A stretch of 64,000 nt of DNA from Tubulanus polymorphus (taxonomy: Eukaryota > Animalia > Nemertea). The position numbers and the translations under genes were made by a program. Below the pieces are notes generated by a model. That model was not told the origin of the DNA. It was given only the letters and a program-made list of their open reading frames with translations, and did not search any database. The stretch is taken from the NCBI RefSeq assembly GCF_964204645.1, contig NC_134028.1, positions 8,370,001 through 8,434,000 of the forward strand, written 5' to 3'. The first letter of the stretch is position 1. Every line of letters begins with the position of its first letter. Positions 42,180-55,066 of this stretch are shown in pieces.

Positions 42180-45100
42180 ACTTGCAGATTACACAAGGAA
42201 ACTTGGAGGTAAACGAGACTGTAAAATCAGCAATAGACAAAGAAATCCAAGATGTTCGATGTGAAATTTGGGAGACGGAAATCAGACGAAATAATATACT
42301 GATATATGGCTTACAGGAAGCAAGCGAGGAACAGGTGAAATTAAGGCGTAAAAAAGAGTGGCAAAATCTCTATGGATTTATCACCCAGGGCTTAGGTTTA
42401 ACAGATCTTCATAAACCTAAATTAGTGAACCGTGTAGGACGGTATGAGCAAAATAAATGTCGCCCACTTCGGGTAATACTAGCTACAGAACTCGATAAAG
42501 AATTGATCATAAACAGATTTATCGAATTAAGGAGAAATGGAGATCCATCTATTACAGGGGTATCTGTATCCAGCGATAGAACTATGAACCAAAGAAAACA
42601 CTATCAGAAATTAAGGGAAGAGCTGCAGGAAAGAACAAAAAATGGAGAACGAGGTCTTATCATTCGTGGGAATGATATAGTCAGTAGATTACCGCCGGCA
42701 TTTCGTCAAGCAAACCAAAACCAACCATAAGGACAATCAACCAGACAAATCACTGTCAAAAAAATTTTTAAGAAAAAATGATCAAAATCTGAAAAGTAAC
42801 CAATCAATGTTAAAAAGTAATTGCAAATCGAATCAACAAAAACCAGGAAATTATGATAGGAGCCAATCATCAACTGAAATTACGAGAAAGAATCACGAAA
42901 GATCCAAATTACATAAGAATCAACAAAATAGATCAGCGAAAAAGAAATTATTAGTACCAAAACAATCACTCGATAATAATCGCAATAATCAACTGTCAAT
43001 GAATGTTGCATCTAGCAGACCGACACATAACCCTGCAGATGACAGTATATTATATGAAAATGAAGATAATCAAAAAGAATCACCAAAGAATGAAGGATAC
43101 AATAAAAACTCAAACAACTGTTATTACAGAAACCAAGAGAAAAATATTAAAGTTCTATATACTAATGCTGATAGCATGATGAATAAAAAACCTGAGTTGA
43201 GTGCCCTAAAGATCGAACACGATCCAGACATTATATGCATCACTGAAGCTAAACCGAAATATAGTACCTTAGCATATAACCCCAGTGATGTTATGTTCAA
43301 TGGTTGTGAAGAATATGAAACATTTACCAATATAGAGGAAGATGGAAGAGGAATCGCCGTTTTCATCCGATCTACTATGAAACCATGTAAACCGCCCGTG
43401 CGAGTTCTAGAGAGACTGAAGGCATCAATGACTAATGAAATAATTTGGGTAGAAATTCATCATACTTCTAACAAACGGCCTTTGCTCCTGGGATGCGCCT
43501 ATCGAAGCCCAAACAGCAGTCTGGTGAATAACAACCATTTCAGAGATATGATTATATCTTTAGGAACCTTAAAGGAATATCAAACTGTACTATGTGGTGA
43601 TTTCAATTTACCAGAAGTTAATTGGGAAACAAACCACTGTAGACAAGCAGACACTCATGTCTCCACAAAGCTATGGGAAGCAAGTAATGATGCATTTCTC
43701 GAACAACACGTCAAACACCCAACCAGATTTAGAGAAAACCAGGAACCCAGTTTGCTAGATCTACTATTCACTAATGACCAGGAAATAGTTCAGAAGGTTG
43801 ATTACATGGCTGCACTAGGAAAAAGTGACCACATCTGTCTAATGTTTAACCTGAATATACTACTCGAAAGAAATACAGCAATTAAGACCGAAAGGCGGAA
43901 CTACTATCGTGGTAACTACGACAATTTACGAAAAGAATTGAATAACAATCTCAAAAAAGAATCCCTCCTTCAACTGGATATGGAGTCATGTTGGCAAAGT
44001 ATTAAAGAAAATATCCTTAAAGCAGAAAGAACACATGTTCCTCTTTATCAAGCACCACGATGGAAAAGGCACTCCCCACTATGGATGAATAGAAAAGCAA
44101 TGTCAAAAGTTAGAAAGAAACACGAAGCCTGGAAGCGGTATCTCAGGACAAAAGATGGAGAAGATTACAGGAAATTTCAAGTAGCTAGGAATCTAGCAAA
44201 AAAGGAAACAAGAAATGCAATCAAGAACTATGAAAAGAAACTATCCCAAGAGGTAAAAACAAATCCGAAAGCGTTTTGGAGATATTGCCGCAGTAAGACA
44301 TCACCAAAAGGAAGTATACCAGACTTACAAAAGAATGGCACATCCATTTCTGAGGACATTACCAAGGCCAACACCTTCAATGAATACTTTGCAAGTGTAT
44401 TTACAGAAGAGGATACCTCACACATACCAGAACCCAATGCACAAATAAATGAAATTCCTGAAATACATGACATTGAGATCACTCCCGTACTGATTGCAAA
44501 CAAGCTGAAAGGTCTGAATGAAAATAAAAGCATGGGACCTGACTTATTGCATCCGAAAATTTTGAAGGAAGCAGCAGACGAGCTCGCAGAACCACTGAGC
44601 ATTCTCTTCAGGAAAACCTTAGAAGAAGAAAAATTACCTACATCATGGAAAGAAGCTAATGTAACGCCTATCCACAAGAAGGGCCCAAAAAATATTGTGG
44701 AGAATTATAGACCAATTAGCCTGACTAGTATTGTATGTAAAGTCCTGGAATCCATTGTAAGAGATAACATCATGAGTCACCTAATTACTAATGGAGTTTT
44801 AACAGATGCCCAACATGGATTCGTACAGGGTAGATCTACGCTCACACAATTACTGAAATCAATGGATGATTGGACACAAGCCCTAGAAATAAAAAAATCC
44901 ATTGACGTAATTTTTTTGGACTTTCAAAAAGCGTTTGACACAGTGCCCCACAAACGACTTCTAAAGAAAATTGAAAATTGTGGTATCACAGGTAAAGCCT
45001 TGAAATGGATTGAAGACTTCCTAAGTGAAAGGAACCAAGTGGTTAATATAAATGGTGCGACATCCACATCTAAACCAGTGATAAGTGGTGTACCGCAGGG

Positions 45101-46179
45101 CAGCGTGCTGGGTCCTTTATTGTTTGCCATTTACATCAACGACCTCCCTGATGAAATTCAAAGTTATATTCTCATGTATGCTGACGATACAAAAATTTAT
45201 AGAATCGTACACAGCATCCAAGATCAACACAGACTTCAGGAGGATCTGGACAAACTATCAGACTGGGCAAAGAAGTGGCAAATGACTTTTCACCCAGACA
45301 AATGCGTGGTGATGCACATAGGAAAAAATAGACAACATTTTCAGTATACTATGGATGCAGGAAACAGAAGACACGAATTGAAGGCGGTCCCAGAGGAGAA
45401 AGATTTGGGAATAATTGTTGATGATAATCTCACCTTTCAGGCACAGTACTCCACGACAATGAATAAATGTAACAAGATCCTAGGAATGATCAAAAGATCA
45501 TTTGAACGTTTAGATGAAAGAACATTCAGTCTTGTCTACAAAGCATTAGTAAGACCAATTGTGGAGTATGCTATCCCCGCATACAACCCACACCTACTAA
45601 AAGATGTAGACAATTACGAAAAAATTCAGCGACGAGCAACCAAATTAGTACCACATCTGTACGATTTACCATACCACGAAAGACTAAAACAACTAAAGCT
45701 TCCATCGTTGAGCTATCGAAGAGCAAGAGGAGATATGATAACTGTCTACAATCTGGTTCATAACAACTACCGCGCTGGAGACTCCTTAGTGCCACGAGAT
45801 CAACGAAGAGTGAATCTAAGAGGACACTCTCTGAAGATCCAAAAACAGAGAGCTAAGAAGGATATCAGGAAATACTCCTTCCGTCACAGAGTGGTGAACA
45901 ACTGGAACTCGCTCACGGAAGATATAGTGAATGCTCCATCTACAAATGCTTTCAAATTACGTCTCGATAAACACTGGCAAGAAAAGCATTTCCTACTACG
46001 GGTCGAGCACTACTAACTTGGACCTGAATGTTATCGGAATTCACGGATGTTGTTATGTTTTCCGCTATTACCAAAGTGCTGGCAATACCTGGCAACTTAA
46101 GCGAAACACCGAGGCAGTCAAATTTATAGGCCAATAGGCCTTCTTCAATGACTGCGAAAACGATACGATACGATACGAT
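42180..46179 (+). mobile_element. CR1-clade LINE, 5'-truncated in ORF1, with intact ORF2
   Basis: ORF1 remnant 42182-42730 (RRNNILIYGL, RVGR..RPLRV), ORF2 42807-46016, 3'UTR ending in an (ACGAT)n tail at ~46160-46179. Confidence 0.92.
42807..46016 (+). CDS. LINE ORF2 polyprotein: APE endonuclease plus reverse transcriptase
   Basis: 1069 aa uninterrupted. APE motifs YTNADS, DIICITE, GDFNLP, LLDL, SDH. RT motifs NYRPISL, QHGF, LDFQKAFD, GVPQGSVLGPLLF, YADD. CR1-type C-terminus RGHSLK...RVVNNWNSL. Confidence 0.93.
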   Translation: MLKSNCKSNQQKPGNYDRSQSSTEITRKNHERSKLHKNQQNRSAKKKLLVPKQSLDNNRNNQLSMNVASSRPTHNPADDSILYENEDNQKESPKNEGYNKNSNNCYYRNQEKNIKVLYTNADSMMNKKPELSALKIEHDPDIICITEAKPKYSTLAYNPSDVMFNGCEEYETFTNIEEDGRGIAVFIRSTMKPCKPPVRVLERLKASMTNEIIWVEIHHTSNKRPLLLGCAYRSPNSSLVNNNHFRDMIISLGTLKEYQTVLCGDFNLPEVNWETNHCRQADTHVSTKLWEASNDAFLEQHVKHPTRFRENQEPSLLDLLFTNDQEIVQKVDYMAALGKSDHICLMFNLNILLERNTAIKTERRNYYRGNYDNLRKELNNNLKKESLLQLDMESCWQSIKENILKAERTHVPLYQAPRWKRHSPLWMNRKAMSKVRKKHEAWKRYLRTKDGEDYRKFQVARNLAKKETRNAIKNYEKKLSQEVKTNPKAFWRYCRSKTSPKGSIPDLQKNGTSISEDITKANTFNEYFASVFTEEDTSHIPEPNAQINEIPEIHDIEITPVLIANKLKGLNENKSMGPDLLHPKILKEAADELAEPLSILFRKTLEEEKLPTSWKEANVTPIHKKGPKNIVENYRPISLTSIVCKVLESIVRDNIMSHLITNGVLTDAQHGFVQGRSTLTQLLKSMDDWTQALEIKKSIDVIFLDFQKAFDTVPHKRLLKKIENCGITGKALKWIEDFLSERNQVVNINGATSTSKPVISGVPQGSVLGPLLFAIYINDLPDEIQSYILMYADDTKIYRIVHSIQDQHRLQEDLDKLSDWAKKWQMTFHPDKCVVMHIGKNRQHFQYTMDAGNRRHELKAVPEEKDLGIIVDDNLTFQAQYSTTMNKCNKILGMIKRSFERLDERTFSLVYKALVRPIVEYAIPAYNPHLLKDVDNYEKIQRRATKLVPHLYDLPYHERLKQLKLPSLSYRRARGDMITVYNLVHNNYRAGDSLVPRDQRRVNLRGHSLKIQKQRAKKDIRKYSFRHRVVNNWNSLTEDIVNAPSTNAFKLRLDKHWQEKHFLLRVEHY

Positions 46180-47430
46180 GATAATGTACATGTATACAAA
46201 TAGTGCTAGTAATTTAGCCTTCTTTTAATGTTCATGCGATGATCACGCGCGCTTTAGGTAATAAAATATACATGTATGTTTGATATCACGAATCAATGAT
46301 TGATGTCGTCAGTTATCAGATTCGCTCACGTAGACATGAGCGATACTTCAACCTTATTAGATTGGGTCAGATTTTTTTTAACGTGTTGTGCGAATATTAA
46401 GGACTTAGCTCCGTACATTAGCTCTGTATATTAAATATGCAATTGTGAGGATCCATAACTCAAAACTAAAAAATGATTGACTTTACGTTCACAACAAAAC
46501 ATCGGAGAACAAAACAACGTAGAATAACGCAGACGCAGAACACACGGGTGTTAGTGAATCCAGACAGCGCAAGAGCGGCACTGTAGCACGATTCTATTTG
46601 GACATCTAGTGTCGCTGAGATGGCAGAGACACAGACGTGGAGTCTCTTAAAACTCATCCCCTTAATATATACATGTATACACTGCTCCACCAAAAAAGTT
46701 CCCCCTCATTATTCTACTATTCCAATACAAATCACGTTCTTACGTTCTTCTTCTTCTTCAAAAATCAGCAGCCAGTCAAATAGGGGATTGCCGTAGCCGG
46801 CCAAATAAATATGAATAAAAAGGTGCGTGTTCACTGCAGGCCCGTAGCCAGGGGAGTTCGTCCGTTCGAACGAACGCCACTTTTTAGAAAGTGCCCTTCA
46901 CATTTTCATTAGAATTTTATCTTTTATTCAAATGGTGACATTTTCTGGTAACATTATAAAACGAATGACCTAGCAATATTGAGACACCATATGATGCCAA
47001 TGACGGAAATTTGAGTCTGAGTAAAATATTCACTATAGATGCTACGGGAAGAGTTTTTAAAAGTGGGAGGCCGATAGCAAGCCATCTGCGGCGCTTGCTT
47101 TTCAAACATACAGAATATGTCAAAAGTACGATCCCTTTTTGTAATTCAAGAACGCCCCTTTCAAAATCCTGGCTACGGGCTTGCCCATCCACGTTCGAAT
47201 TCAGTGATTACGGCAAATATGAAGTAACCAATATTTTAGATAATATTTACTTTTCCGTGGAACTGGGTGCGGCAACGAGCATGTATTATTTATAATTGTC
47301 AAACAGATTAGGAAACTCGTGCGTGGAGTTACGGCGAGTGACGGATGCATCGTGACTTCAATCAAATTACTCTGACATCTGCACGAGTCGTATATTCTTC
47401 ACAACATACACGGTCCTGTACAAACACGAT

Positions 47431-47518
47431 ATGGAAAGTCTATTGGGCAAAGAAGTTACTGACAAAGCCGGTGAAAAAGTACCCGTATCTCTGCTAAGCG
47501 GCAAAGGAAAATATATAG
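47431..47518 (+). CDS. Nucleoredoxin/tryparedoxin-like gene, first coding exon, copy 1 (possibly an orphan duplicate)
   Basis: ATG-started MESLLGKEVTDKAGEKVPVSLLSGKGKYI-G| resembles the segment that precedes GLYFSAxWCPPC in nucleoredoxin-like proteins. Ends at AG|GCAAGT (GC donor). No downstream exon found in the window. Confidence 0.6.
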
Positions 47519-47759
47519 GCAAGTGAAATAAAGTATACATTGTATTTTGCCCATGTAGAATTTTTTTATATCTCTTTCTATTCTAGAAGCCCGGATCGGC
47601 CGGATTATAGATACTGTAAAACACTGTCATTTTCCCGGCTTAAATACAAGGGCGCAGATAAATATTTGAATAATAGCGGATGAATGAATCATTCAACTAG
47701 AATGTAAATTCGCAATGTTTTTGGCTCATGGCAGTTCTGTACGTAGGTCTAGTATATAT

Positions 47760-48151
47760 AAGTAGTAGTAGTAGTTTATTCCTTATCAAAGTGTGTACTA
47801 CACTTGTATGGCAGATAATCAAAATTACAAATCTTAACAAAGTGATTTAATACAAAATTACATGTTGAAAAAACAGAAATATCAAGTTGATGGGGTAGCT
47901 ATATTTACTCGGTTTCGTCGCCTCGAAGCATTCTCCGTCTTCTGAACATTGAAATCAAATATCTTCCAACAGATCTAACAGATCTCGGATTTAATTAGCA
48001 GTTAAAAGTTGAATAAATTTTGCCATGCTAGGATGCGTTCTAAAATAACGAGGTAAGAGATTACTTTGAAGCGAGTTGTATGAGGGACAGGACATGAGAA
48101 CGTGATATTCGTCCTCAATTTCGTTAGTGGAACAAGTTGTACACATGCGGT
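47760..48151 (-). mobile_element. 3' fragment of RTE-X-like LINE
   Basis: ENRMCTTCSTNEIEDEYHVLMSCPSY zinc-knuckle motif and an AATAAACTACTACTACT tail. Confidence 0.75.
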
Positions 48152-48720
<569 letters not shown>

Positions 48721-49205
48721 TTTTTATATCGTATCGTATGTTTTCACAACCAACGAGAGGCAATTCTAATGATCAATGTTTAGAAAAATAGTACAATTAC
48801 TATGAAATTGTTGGATAAATTTACTTACTGTATGTTAATAAACTATCATTGGTGTTTAAGAATGACTATTAAGTCAGTAAATTTACTATATGTAGTAATC
48901 TTACTACACATGTCGGTCAACTTTCCTGCCAATTTTTTTGGGTAAATTTACTAATTTATTCTTAACAGTGACATGAGATAATGAGGAGCTTGAATGTATT
49001 TAACTCAGAAGAGGAAATAACGCGAAAAAAATTATATAACTTTATTTTTTTCCGATCAATAACTGGATTACATTCGTTTTTAGAACATTTACGTTTGATT
49101 ATTTTGAAATCGAAGAAAAACAACGCCTTGCGAAATAACGCGCCGAACACATGGCCGTTTGTGAAACGTAAATTCTGTGAATCAATGCACTGAAATTCAC
49201 GAAAT

Positions 49206-49270
49206 TCTGTTCCATAATCAGAATAAAGTCTCGCTATGTTTCGACAATATTCTTCACAAATAAACGTCCA
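49206..49270 (-). promoter_or_regulatory. SECIS element of GPx copy A (GUGA type)
   Basis: GUGAA-GAAUAUUGUC-G-AAA-CAUAGCGA-GACUUUAUUC-UGAU (core 49257-49217): UGAN/UGAN quartet, 10-bp helix II, apical AAA. ~600 nt after the stop codon. Confidence 0.85.
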
Positions 49271-49863
49271 AAATGTTTCGTCGATATTTCATTATCGTTA
49301 GAATTCGTCGATTTTATATCAATCAAAAGAAATGGTTGTCATTATTAAACAACATTTATTAGAATCGTATATTCTTTACTGAAATAGCATGTGCAAATTC
49401 CAACTAGTATACATTTCTTAGGCGAGAAAACTTAAGTCCGGCTGAAGGGAAGATTAATCGAAGAATAACTATCATCGAAACGATAGTTGTGGAACTTTCA
49501 TACCTGACCTTTTCTTCCGAGCACACAATAGCAACTATAAACTTGTGTAACATGTTCTAACTATCTCGAAACAATGGTGTCTGAGGTAAACTTCGAAAAG
49601 ATGATTAAACTATGATTATTCTTGCCGTCATTAAGGGGTGTCCGCTATCCATGACATGCAAAATAGGCTCGCCGCCGCAAATGGCATAACGTGCCTAGGA
49701 CCTTTATTCGCAGGTTAAGCAGTTATTTTTGGTCGAGGGTCTTCGCCCTCACCGGCGCCTGCAGCGAACGGCATTATATATTTTCTAGTATGAGAATTTT
49801 TAAATTTGCAAATGCTAATTCTATGATTTATACATACATATGATTATCCAATACCAATACCGT

Positions 49864-51679
49864 TTAGTTGTGTCTTTTTTTCGGATGAGAAATTTTGTTC
49901 AGTTCGGTTCTGAATATTTCTGCATCCGGGGCGACAGTCGGATTCAGCCTTGCGATTGGTTTCCCGTTTTTATCGATGAAGAACTTCTCGAAATTCCACG
50001 TGATGTCGGTCGTTTTGATCGGCTGCCAAAACAACTCTTTCGGGTTTCCGATCAAATCTATTGGATTGGGACAAAGCTCCTGCAAATACAGAATTCATCA
50101 TGTAGTAAGGAGAAGCAGTTTTCAAAAGCACTTGGGCAAATGTTGAAAATGAAATCTTGATATTCTCCGTAAAATGAGGATATTTCATCGACACATTTGA
50201 GTCTGTATAAAAAAAGTCTGCCGAAAGTGTTGAGTATGCCGAAAAACGGAGAACCGAAAAATACTCATTGAAAATTAACTAATTTTAACTCAAAGTTAAC
50301 TCTAACTCATAACTGTGGAACTGGGTCCATAACAGGACCCGGAACCACAGACTCAGAGTTAACTCATCAAAACTGAACTAGTTTTAACCAATAGTTAACT
50401 CTCACTCACAGCTGTGAAACATAATGCCAATTGTGAACCAAATTACTTTAACCTTCGGATTGGTAGACGCCGTAGGTTACTAAATTGTGTGTAAACAAAT
50501 TGTACAATTAGTATATCATGGCTTTAGATATTCAATTAATCTGTTATATAATAACTCGTTCGTTTTTAACACGCTGCATTTTAAAACATACCTGCACGAG
50601 TAAATACTGAACCAGTAAATATAATGCGACAAATCCTACGTATCATACATGGAATGATAGGATGTAATATTGTATGGATTGACTGACATAAATTGAATTA
50701 GTATTACCATAATAACTTTAGGCTAACCCATTTTCAATCGAATAATTTTTACAAAACGCGTAATTAACTGTCTCGCAATTTCCGTTTCTTCAAATATCTA
50801 CTTCAATAAGATCAACTCACCTTTAAATATGTAAAAAGCGCCTGCTCCTTCGGTCCGTTGACTTCAACTTTACCAGAAAAATATATATTTTTATCTACTT
50901 TAAAGTTGTGACCGGGTCGAACGTGTTTGATACCGTTAAACAACTCGTATTCGTTAGCTGCCGGTTCCTGGTGTCCAAACTGGTCACATGGGACACCCAA
51001 AACGTGTACGTCGTCGTATTCAGGAAGAAGTGCATTGAAACCCTTGTAATTACGAACAGTCAAACCTGAAACGTTTAGTGGAAAGCATTACATTTAACCA
51101 TGAGAACATATTTTTTCCTCATTGTGATAGTTAGGTAGAATTTCGCGCTAAATACTGTGTTCGTAATCTTTTGAAATGTATGAAAGTATAGCCAATTTAA
51201 AAAGGCCTATGTGGATGCATTGCCGGTGTCATCTCACCCCAGGCGCAGTAGAGCCAAATATAACTAGACAAGGTTTCCATTTTACGACCGAAAGAATGCG
51301 TATATAAACATATAGCCCAGTACCATATATATATGGTACTAGGCTATTAGAGCTTATTGAATGAATCCCAAGTATCCATTCCGTCATTGAAGTATACATC
51401 ATTACGAAGGGTCTCCTAGATAAGGCTATATCAAACTACGATGTGTTCGAAATGGGTTTTGACAATGTACGTATCTTTCTTACCTCAAAAGGTCGCTACG
51501 TTCGTGATTATCAGTGGCTTTCCTTCGAATACGCTTAAAGAGAAGTTTTCTTTCGGATTTTCTAACTTCGGCAGTGAATATTGGTAGATATTATCGGTTG
51601 AAGAACCGCAATAGGATACATCACCGTAGACCAGCCCTATCAGCATCGATACGAGCACGGCCTCCCTTGAAACACCCAT
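49864..51679 (-). CDS. GPX: Secreted selenocysteine glutathione peroxidase (GPx3-like), copy A
   Basis: Exons 51679-51484, 51065-50821, 50079-49864. Signal peptide [25 protein letters not shown](TGA 51487-51485)-[18 protein letters not shown]-like [13 protein letters not shown]. Confidence 0.93.
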
Positions 51680-52214
51680 CGTGACTAACTGAGCTTGCTC
51701 GTCCGAACAACACTCTCTGCTGTTGACTTCTACTACAATATGGTCACTGAAAAATGAAGAGCCAGATGTTTCCAGCGCGACATCGATTGCCGTACGCAAA
51801 CAGCTACCGCAGCTGAAAATACACCGTATATATTATGTATATTCTACATTATACAGCAATAATCCACTGGTTTGACTCAGTAATTGGTATATAATCATTC
51901 TGAAAGCCAGGCTCGATACGCACTGCAATTAGGCAATTATACTTATGTGTATGGTAGAACTTAGGCCTAAATGTTTAGTAACGCTCGAATTACGAATTTC
52001 TTTTACAAATGAATTCGTTTTTCAACCAATAGAAATAAAAATTCGAAACCAACTTTACATCAAATAAGAAACTTGTACACGCCTATCTATACGATATGCT
52101 TTCTAGTGGTACCCGTGAGAAGTCTTGTCTTGGCTCGTTTAGGCTACTAGCCGGAGTATTGGTCAGAGGGATTTAGGTATCAGGGAACAGTCGATACATT
52201 TAGACGCGTATTCA

Positions 52215-54000
52215 GATGATGCCTGCATCAAAAGTTTATCAGATACAACAACTGAAAACTCGATCGTCACATTTGATGTACATAGGCCATGTACATTTTT
52301 CTTATTATATCAGGTAAATCGTTATTTCCTAGCTAGTTTGACAAGGTTGTATACACTAAAAATCGTATACGGAACAATAGACTTTCTTTAGTCTGCCAAC
52401 CTTTCTTTTCAATCGGTTTGACGTTCCATCCTGTTCATCCTATCAAACTATTGATGAATCTTGTACTAGTACTCGAACCAAACTGATATTGACGAATCTA
52501 GCATAAAATAATAGAGGATTAACCTATTACATGAAAACTATCGAATTTTTAACAAAAAATAAGGAGTAGATTTTTAAGTAGAATGTATATCCTCCGATCT
52601 AAAAACGTTTGAAACAAAGAACAGATTTAAGATTGTGTTTCATGATGATTTACATTTCGTTTCGTATTTTCGAATCTCAGTATGGTTTTCGCGCGTTATT
52701 TCGTTGTACAAGTTTGTTTCGTTGTATAGTTTAGTCCGTGTAAAATTATGAAATTTATTTTTTGCCTCCGACGGTAGATTATATGTAGTAAGTTGTAGAT
52801 GCAAGTTTAAAGTATTAGAACTTATTTTGTTTCGGCGTCTTAAAGTTGTCATCGGTCAATATAAAGATTTTTTCCGGTCAAAAACGTATTTTTTACTGTC
52901 CCACACTTTTCGAGCCAAATTGTATTTTAAGAAAACATATTTTTCCGGTCTAATCCAGGTCAATGTAATCTAATATCCGTGTAAAAATATCTTTAGAAAC
53001 AAATTATCTTTATTTTCGTATCAAAATGCTCTAGATACACACATATCTCTACCACACAGTGAAAAATCGATTGCTAACCGGTATCATGATACGAAAAAAA
53101 TGCATTAACAAAGGACTTTTTAAAGATTTGATTGCGTGTACTTACATTCAGTCAGGCAGTGGTTACATGAAATTTTTATCACGTTGCTGTCTGTGCCATT
53201 TTTAGACATACTCAATGTCAAGCAACTCCATACTTACGCTGTGACCGTTGGGACTGTTAAGAGATCATAGCTCATCACTGGCGGCTAATAAGTGAAATGC
53301 CACAGTTGACTGCAATTTTCCGGCCAATACGACATAATATGCTATACTATAGGAAAAATCTGGTGTTGAGTTGTTGTAAAGCATCTGGCTGTTTGATAAA
53401 AACTAATCGTAGTAATGGAATGTGCAATAAAGCTATGGAGCAAAACAGAGAAATACCCACATTACATTAAATGTAACGATATGAATATCGCAGAATATAA
53501 AAAAACAACGAACAGATACACCGTTGAACCATTAAAACATTGATTTAAACTTAACGCTATAGTGGTGATAAAAAACTGTCATATATTTTCACATTTTTCA
53601 ACACCGATGATTTTCAAACGATTTAACATCATTTTTGTTTTCTGATTGAATCACTTTTTCCGACCGCTAGATTTTAGCGCTTTTGTGGCGCATTTTAGAA
53701 TACAGTCATAGATCAAATATCGTGGTGCGATGTCAGCGGTTTCATTTCTGGTGTCTTTATTACGAGCAGATATACAAATTTCCGTAATTGTCAACTAATG
53801 AAATATTGATTAGACTCTGGAATGTATTACGGGTACAATGGTTTGGACTATTTGTGAATAGGCATTTGTTTAATCAAGAAAATTAAACAAATTCTGATGA
53901 ACTATCGCACAATTATCGCACGGCATTATGAGATATTTGATTAGTTGATATTTCCGGATCTTAGTAGGTGTGCTGCTAGACTGGACCAACTGTTAGAGGC
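52215..54000 (+). other. Diverged duplicate of the FAM13 3'UTR/downstream segment (~38160-41615)
   Basis: Colinear matches, e.g. tttatcagatacaacaactga, gtttgacaaggttgt, ttttcgaatctcagtat, attgcgtgtacttacattcagtcaggc, ctaatgaaatattga, cattatgagatatttgattagttga. Confidence 0.85.
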
Positions 54001-54693
54001 CTGTACATCCCTTCGATAAGAATGGTAATTATGTATTATCAATCATGAGGCATAGCCATAGCCGGCTGTTGTGTTGATTTTTCGTCCGCAGTCCGTCTAG
54101 TTATTTGTGAATGTATTGAAAACGCTTCAGTTACTTGTTTTGATATTTGGTTTGAACATGTATCCTAGACACTACAGCCGAAAGCAGCCCAGTCAAAATC
54201 AAGATGGCCGACTGGTGGCTATCATTCCTCGCCTAAATCAGCACTTTTTACACATTTTCAAAGTTTTTAATATCCCCCAGGTTTTGAAGTATATTTGTAT
54301 CCCCCAAGACCCGACACCTGTAGATTTCTAATGGTTTGTCAATTTTCATTGGGATTTGCAATTTTTGTATTTTAAGAAGATATCTTAAAAATATCAGACG
54401 CGATATTTCAACCATTAGATTGAGTCATATTCTTTAGAGTATCATGCGAATTTCAAAGAAATTAGCTCTGTATATGCGATTCCAAGGACCCATAGTAATA
54501 ATTTAACTCAAGACTATAAAATATCGCAACATGATTGACTTTATTTCTCTGAACAATAACCGGAAATGTAGATAGAATCCCATGTTTTATCAGTATAAAG
54601 ATCGAAGAAAACAACGCCTTGTAAAAACACACAGAAACACACGGCCGTTTGTGAAACAGATTCTGTTAATCAATGCACTAAAATTCACAGAAT

Positions 54694-54758
54694 TCTGTTC
54701 CATAATCAGAATAAAGTCTCGCTATGTTTTGACAACATTCGTCACAAATAAACGTCCA
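54694..54758 (-). promoter_or_regulatory. SECIS element of GPx copy B (GUGA type)
   Basis: GUGAC-GAAUGUUGUC-AAAA-CAUAGCGA-GACUUUAUUC-UGAU (core 54745-54705). An A-U to G-U change preserves helix II. Confidence 0.85.
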
Positions 54759-54926
54759 AGGTTTCGTGATTATTTCCGTTAGATTTCGTTGATCTTATAT
54801 TTGATATCAAACGATATGGCAGTCATTACATTAGTATGTGTGTATGAGACGTATTTGAACTTTTGAAATTAGTCGCATACGCAGTACGTAGAAAACAACG
54901 CAGTAATACGCACTAGTACGCAGTAT

Positions 54927-54985
54927 GCATTACGCATTACGCATTACGCATTACGCATTACGCATTACGCATTACGCATTACGCA

Positions 54986-55024
<39 letters not shown>
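54927..55024. repeat. (GCATTAC)n followed by (ATAC)n in the GPx-B 3'UTR
   Basis: ~9 heptamer units, then ~9 tetramer units. Confidence 0.95.
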
Positions 55025-55025
<1 letters not shown>

Positions 55026-55066
55026 GCTGATTCCATGTACCTAAATACATTTAATGGTATTGTCGT

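Noticed and set aside
49585-49635. AUGA-type SECIS candidate nearer the stop codon (also ~60095-60140)
   Set aside because: AUGAC is present but there is no convincing helix II or 3' GA partner, and it is absent from copy B. The distal GUGA hairpin fits far better.
51485-51487. GPx copies as pseudogenes with premature stops
   Set aside because: The TGA is at the catalytic Sec position in all three copies, the other exons are intact and SECIS elements are present.
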